IMG/VR virus record: IMGVR_UViG_3300046786_000151
Coordinates: 1 to 26,335 of that record
Reading direction: 5' to 3' (one strand)
Source: a virus
Lineage: Duplodnaviria > Caudoviricetes
DNA length: 26,335 nucleotides
This document shows positions 22,384-26,335 of the stretch, piece by piece. Within the stretch, counting starts at the first letter, position 1. Each line of letters opens with the position of its first letter. A model generated the notes under the pieces. It searched no databases, was not told where the DNA came from, and was given only the letters and a program-made list of their open reading frames with translations. The position numbers and the translations under genes were made by a program.

Positions 22384-24804
22384 TTAAATTCCCGATCCCA
22401 TGCGTACCTTCAAGTCCTGTTCGGCTGCAAACAGTTCTTTGCGGCCACGCTCTTTGATCGCTGTGTCGGCCAGTTGCGCCTTGATCTTCTCAAGCGACAG
22501 GTTCTGTGCGTTCGACATCTTCAGCATCTCGATCTCACGGGTTAGCTCTAGCTCGGCCATCCTGATCTGGGCTTCCTGCTGCATCTTTTGCTGGCGTGCC
22601 TGAATCTCGGCCATGTCGCCCTGAGTCTCCATCTCCGCAAGCTTGAGGTCAGTCTGCGCACGCAGGTTCGCAGCTTCGATGCGTGGGTCAGGTGGCGGTG
22701 GCTGGTTGGCCATGGCCTTCTGCTGTTCCTTGATCTGCTCGATCTCTTCCTCGGATTTGAACACCTCGGCTGGATCGACGTGCTGGGCTTGCAGTGCTTT
22801 GCGGAACAGCTTCTCGGTGTCAAGGTACATGCCGTAGATCGGATTCGCGCCAGCGGCAAGCAGGTTCAAGAATGCTTGATTCTGGATGTCACGTATAAGC
22901 AAAGCAGAAGAGCCGCGTGCGTTGATACTGAAGTCGCCCTTGACCTCTTCGTCCTCGTTGTACAGCATGTTGTAGTCGTAGTACCGACGGATGTGCGGAC
23001 GTGTGACCATGTCGTCGAATTGCTTGACCAGTCTGCGCAGTACCACGTTGGCAGAGTTCATCAGCATCTGCATACCGCCAACGGTATCAGGCGCTGCGCC
23101 CTTCTCACCTTGCAGAATGGTTGGCACACCGGTCTCCTGATCGACCAGCTCGGTCGCCATCTTGATGATGCCGGACAGTTCGGCCTGATGGCTGTTGAAC
23201 TCGAACGTGGCAAAGGCTTTCGACACATCGTCCACGTCGTCGGTTGCGTACCATATCTTGCGGCTGGATAGCTGCCACTGCTTGTCAGCCGGCTGGATGA
23301 CGTTTGGCTTCATGACGATCTGCGGACCGCTGGACACGCCTGCGTTGTCCATCATCTGACGCCATGCAGCGTTCAGTACCTTCTGCTGCGAACGCATCAG
23401 GTAAGGGATTCCATAGCCCCAGACGCTGTTGGCGACCTTCTCCCAGACGTAGAAGTCATATGGCAAATCGCCGCCTTCCAGTGGGTTCAGGAACGCTTTG
23501 ACGACGGTGCTGTTGATAATGATCACGCAAGCACTGACGCTCTTCAGCTCATCCTTGTCACCCGCATGGACGCCGGCGGCGTCGAGGTCATCATGCTCGA
23601 CCTCACCCCAGTAGGTCCACATCTCGTACAGGTCACGCGCCACGTCGCGCTGGTCGTCATCGCGCAGCTCTTCCATGGTGTGCGACCGCTTCGGTCCTTC
23701 CTCCAGAACCTTGCGCAGTTGTGCCTTCATGAAACCCGGCTGCTTGGCCAGCTCACGAATCTGCTTTGCAGTGATCTGCTCACGCTCGTAGATGCCCTTG
23801 CCGTGGTGGATGTTCTCGCCGCATGCCGGGTCCGGCCACACGTTGTGCGGATCGACACGGAACGAAGCAGGGGCCAGCTCCTCGACGATCTCGATCTGGT
23901 GAACCTGCTGCCCTTGTGCATCGGTGTAAGGCTGCCACGCCTTGCGTGTGCGGTTGGTGACGATCGGGCCACGGATGACGCCTGTGCCGAACACGGCTGC
24001 GTCGTGAAGCATTTTGCGCAGTTCGCCGTTGTAGTCGCACTCGGTCAACTGATCGTCGATCTCGCGCTGCATCGCTTCGGCTTTCTTCTTGGCGAGGTTC
24101 ATCACCTCTCGCGCAATGTCCTTCATGCGCATCGGCTGACCGGCTTGGTCGGTGATTTGCTGGGGACCCTGTGGGCCCATAGCCATGCCTGCAAGCCCTG
24201 TAGGCGCTTCAGGAGCCATGCCCGGCTGTGGTGGTGCCGGAATACCCGGCGGTGCCATGGTGGGCTGTGGAGGTGCCATGCCGGCCTGCGGTGGCGGCAT
24301 CATGCCGCCTTGCGGCGCTGGCAGTCCCTGTTGCTGGCCCATTTGCTGACCCATGGGTCCGCCGTCCGTCGCTGGCCGCTCATCCTTCAGCATGTTCATC
24401 AGGTAAGGGTTTGGCGTTGGCGTGATACCCCAGTTCCTGTCGTCAGTCGGCAGAAGGATGTCGGCGACTCGCGCCTCTGCTGCGTTGGTCTTCTGGCGTG
24501 TCATGCCGATGAAGACGGTCGAACGATGGGGCTTGGCCATCTGCGTCGTCACCGGATAGCCCTGCTCGACAGAGGTCATCATCTGACTCGCTGCCTTGGC
24601 TATGTTGTCCTTGTTGTTGTACTGGTCTTCGTCCTCAAGCCAACGCTTGTCCACGCCATAGCTGTAGCGATCACGAACCCATTCGTCGCGTTGCTTGGAC
24701 AGGGTGCGGCCAAAGGCTTGCAGGCGCTCTTCTTTTTTCTCGCGCTCGACTTCTGGGTCGATCTCTTCGATCTCTACGTCAATTTGCTGTGGCTGTAATT
24801 CCAT
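22384..24804 (-). CDS. Portal protein (806 aa)
   Basis: DAAVFGTGV, WGYGIPYLMR..Q..LN, QETGVP...QG, GDFSINARGS motifs and a long C-terminal helical barrel as in P22-type portals. AAGGA SD. Confidence 0.9.
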   Translation of the reverse strand: MELQPQQIDVEIEEIDPEVEREKKEERLQAFGRTLSKQRDEWVRDRYSYGVDKRWLEDEDQYNNKDNIAKAASQMMTSVEQGYPVTTQMAKPHRSTVFIGMTRQKTNAAEARVADILLPTDDRNWGITPTPNPYLMNMLKDERPATDGGPMGQQMGQQQGLPAPQGGMMPPPQAGMAPPQPTMAPPGIPAPPQPGMAPEAPTGLAGMAMGPQGPQQITDQAGQPMRMKDIAREVMNLAKKKAEAMQREIDDQLTECDYNGELRKMLHDAAVFGTGVIRGPIVTNRTRKAWQPYTDAQGQQVHQIEIVEELAPASFRVDPHNVWPDPACGENIHHGKGIYEREQITAKQIRELAKQPGFMKAQLRKVLEEGPKRSHTMEELRDDDQRDVARDLYEMWTYWGEVEHDDLDAAGVHAGDKDELKSVSACVIIINSTVVKAFLNPLEGGDLPYDFYVWEKVANSVWGYGIPYLMRSQQKVLNAAWRQMMDNAGVSSGPQIVMKPNVIQPADKQWQLSSRKIWYATDDVDDVSKAFATFEFNSHQAELSGIIKMATELVDQETGVPTILQGEKGAAPDTVGGMQMLMNSANVVLRRLVKQFDDMVTRPHIRRYYDYNMLYNEDEEVKGDFSINARGSSALLIRDIQNQAFLNLLAAGANPIYGMYLDTEKLFRKALQAQHVDPAEVFKSEEEIEQIKEQQKAMANQPPPPDPRIEAANLRAQTDLKLAEMETQGDMAEIQARQQKMQQEAQIRMAELELTREIEMLKMSNAQNLSLEKIKAQLADTAIKERGRKELFAAEQDLKVRMGSGI

Positions 24805-24813
24805 CGTTGGTCC

Positions 24814-25200
24814 TTAGTAAACCGTCATCTTGGGCGAGGCATTGGCTGACGCCTGACCGGGTTGAATTCCTTTTTGCGGTTGCAGTTGCAAGCCTGATTT
24901 CTGTTGAGCGGCTGGCGCAACAGGGGCTGCACGCGATCGCATCTGACTGGCGATGATGCCTGACGTGCTGTTGCCATCCATCTGCGGAGCGCCATAGGTC
25001 ATTGGCTGCCCTGCCACACCGCCGGTGGCCTGCTGGTTCTGAATCGCTTGCTGGTTTTGCAGAGTCGAATAGGACGAAGTGAGCTGCGAAGTCTGCGGGT
25101 TGTTGCTGACCGGCATGACGTTCTGCGGAGAGGTCAAACCGTTGCCCATGGCGTTCGCCATCTGGTTCGGGTTCAGGTCGTAGGGATTGATGCCGGCCAT
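24814..25200 (-). CDS. Hypothetical Gln/Asn/Pro-rich low-complexity protein (128 aa)
   Basis: AAGGAG SD, TAATG overlap with the upstream gene, fills the gap before the portal. Confidence 0.65.
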   Translation of the reverse strand: MAGINPYDLNPNQMANAMGNGLTSPQNVMPVSNNPQTSQLTSSYSTLQNQQAIQNQQATGGVAGQPMTYGAPQMDGNSTSGIIASQMRSRAAPVAPAAQQKSGLQLQPQKGIQPGQASANASPKMTVY

Positions 25201-25535
25201 TACTTTGTCTCCTTGCGTTTAGCAGCTTCTTCGTCCCACATGCGTTTGTCGTTGGCCCACTTCTCAGGAACGGAGAAGTAGCGGTCGCCCATCTTGACGA
25301 TGGCAGCACCGCGTGCCTTCTCAGCCTCTTCGGCTTTGTCCCACGTTTCGTGGCCTCTGCCCTTCAAAACGATGTAGCTATCGGCAGGCAACTTGTACCG
25401 CTGCCGGTCCTGTTTGCTGGCACGGGTGACTGAACCCCAGTGGCCTTGATTCTCGCCTGTGCCGGTCGGGCCGAGACCGCCTGCTTTGGCGGTGTCGTAG
25501 TCGTAATCGGAACCTTCGGGATCGAACTTCGGCAT
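25200..25535 (-). CDS. Hypothetical protein (111 aa)
   Basis: ATG 1 nt after the terminase stop. YDYDTA...GHWGS...LKGRGHETW...RYFS. Confidence 0.65.
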   Translation of the reverse strand: MPKFDPEGSDYDYDTAKAGGLGPTGTGENQGHWGSVTRASKQDRQRYKLPADSYIVLKGRGHETWDKAEEAEKARGAAIVKMGDRYFSVPEKWANDKRMWDEEAAKRKETK

Positions 25536-25536
25536 T

Positions 25537-26335
25537 TCAATACCCCATCTCACTGTCAAGTATGCCGAACGACAGAACCGGTGCATTGCCTCGGGTCATC
25601 TTCGTTCTGGCTTCAGCCTCTGATTGCGTCTTGGCGTGACGACGCATCATCATGGCGTATCGGGTTGCAGACAGCAAGTCGTCGGTCATTTTGACGATCA
25701 TGCCGTCCTTGCGGTGGTACAGGCGGAACTCCTCGAACCACTCCTCCAGATGGGCGAACACGCGCAGGCGATGCGTCTGCATGCGTGACAGCATCTCGGC
25801 CACACCGGCCTCGACGCCATTGCTGCCATCCTCGAACGTGGCGCGATCCTTCAGCATGTTCAGGCCCTGTGCCTTGTACTGGGACGCAAGCTGTTCGCCG
25901 CTACCCTTATCACGTTGCAGGCCGTCATGCGGCCAAGCGACTGGCACCCAGTCGCCGCGTGCCTTGATGCTGGCACCGTGGATCACGATCGACTGGTCCT
26001 TCATTCGATAGCAGTCGGTCACGTACAGCACATCGGCGTCGCGGTCCCATGCCATCCAGACCACAGCGGTCGGGTGGTCGATACCGAAGTCCAGACCGAT
26101 GATGCGTGGCCAGTGCGGCGGGATCGGGAACGCGGTCACCTTGATCGCGTCTTCGGCGATCGGGAACACACGTCCACTGCCCAGAATCGGGATGCCCTTC
26201 GCACGCGCTTCGCGCTCATGCTCTGGGTAGCTGGCGATGATCGCATCGCGCTGCTCTTGCGTGTAATGCTCCGCATCGTTGATCGTCATCGTCGTGACGG
26301 TCGAACTCTCGGGCTTGTCCAGCAGGAACCGCTTC
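25537..26335 (-). CDS. terL: Terminase large subunit, C-terminal nuclease domain (P22 gp2-like), 5' truncated
   Basis: MTINDAEHYT..Q...IIASYPEHEREARAKGIP.LGSGR, GLDFGIDHPTA, VAWPHDG, EEFRLYHR, DDLLSATRY closely follow the P22 gp2 C-terminal pattern. The frame is open to the window edge. Confidence 0.95.
   Translation of the reverse strand, partial: KRFLLDKPESSTVTTMTINDAEHYTQEQRDAIIASYPEHEREARAKGIPILGSGRVFPIAEDAIKVTAFPIPPHWPRIIGLDFGIDHPTAVVWMAWDRDADVLYVTDCYRMKDQSIVIHGASIKARGDWVPVAWPHDGLQRDKGSGEQLASQYKAQGLNMLKDRATFEDGSNGVEAGVAEMLSRMQTHRLRVFAHLEEWFEEFRLYHRKDGMIVKMTDDLLSATRYAMMMRRHAKTQSEAEARTKMTRGNAPVLSFGILDSEMGY

Noticed and set aside
23566-24798. 410-aa plus-strand ORF
   Set aside because: Antisense shadow of the GC-rich portal gene, with no recognisable motifs or expression signals.

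Overview
The window is the packaging, virion morphogenesis and lysis region of a short-tailed (podovirus-type) dsDNA phage. Its embedded Rz/Rz1-type spanins imply a Gram-negative host. All credible genes lie on the minus strand. In transcription order they encode: a P22 gp2-like large terminase (5' truncated), portal, small head-region genes, scaffold, an N4-gp56-type major capsid protein, decoration proteins, adaptor, tail nozzle, a repeat-containing tail fibre, a T2/S16 gp38-like polyglycine adhesin, an AT-richer block with five tandem Fe(II)/2-oxoglutarate oxygenase-like genes, a nine-gene lysis/membrane cassette around a GH19 endolysin, and a DNA-ejection operon that runs off the left edge. 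Two signals stand out. (1) The oxygenase array is tightly coupled to the adhesin gene and may be a virion or receptor-binding-protein modification system. (2) A regulatory unit occurs twice, 15.5 kb apart: a TTGCRC-N18-TAGAAT promoter, a conserved AGAGnnCCTGYGYCC leader, then an intrinsic terminator. It precedes the head operon and the ejection operon and suggests late-gene antitermination or attenuation. All family assignments come from motif recognition and gene order, not database searches.
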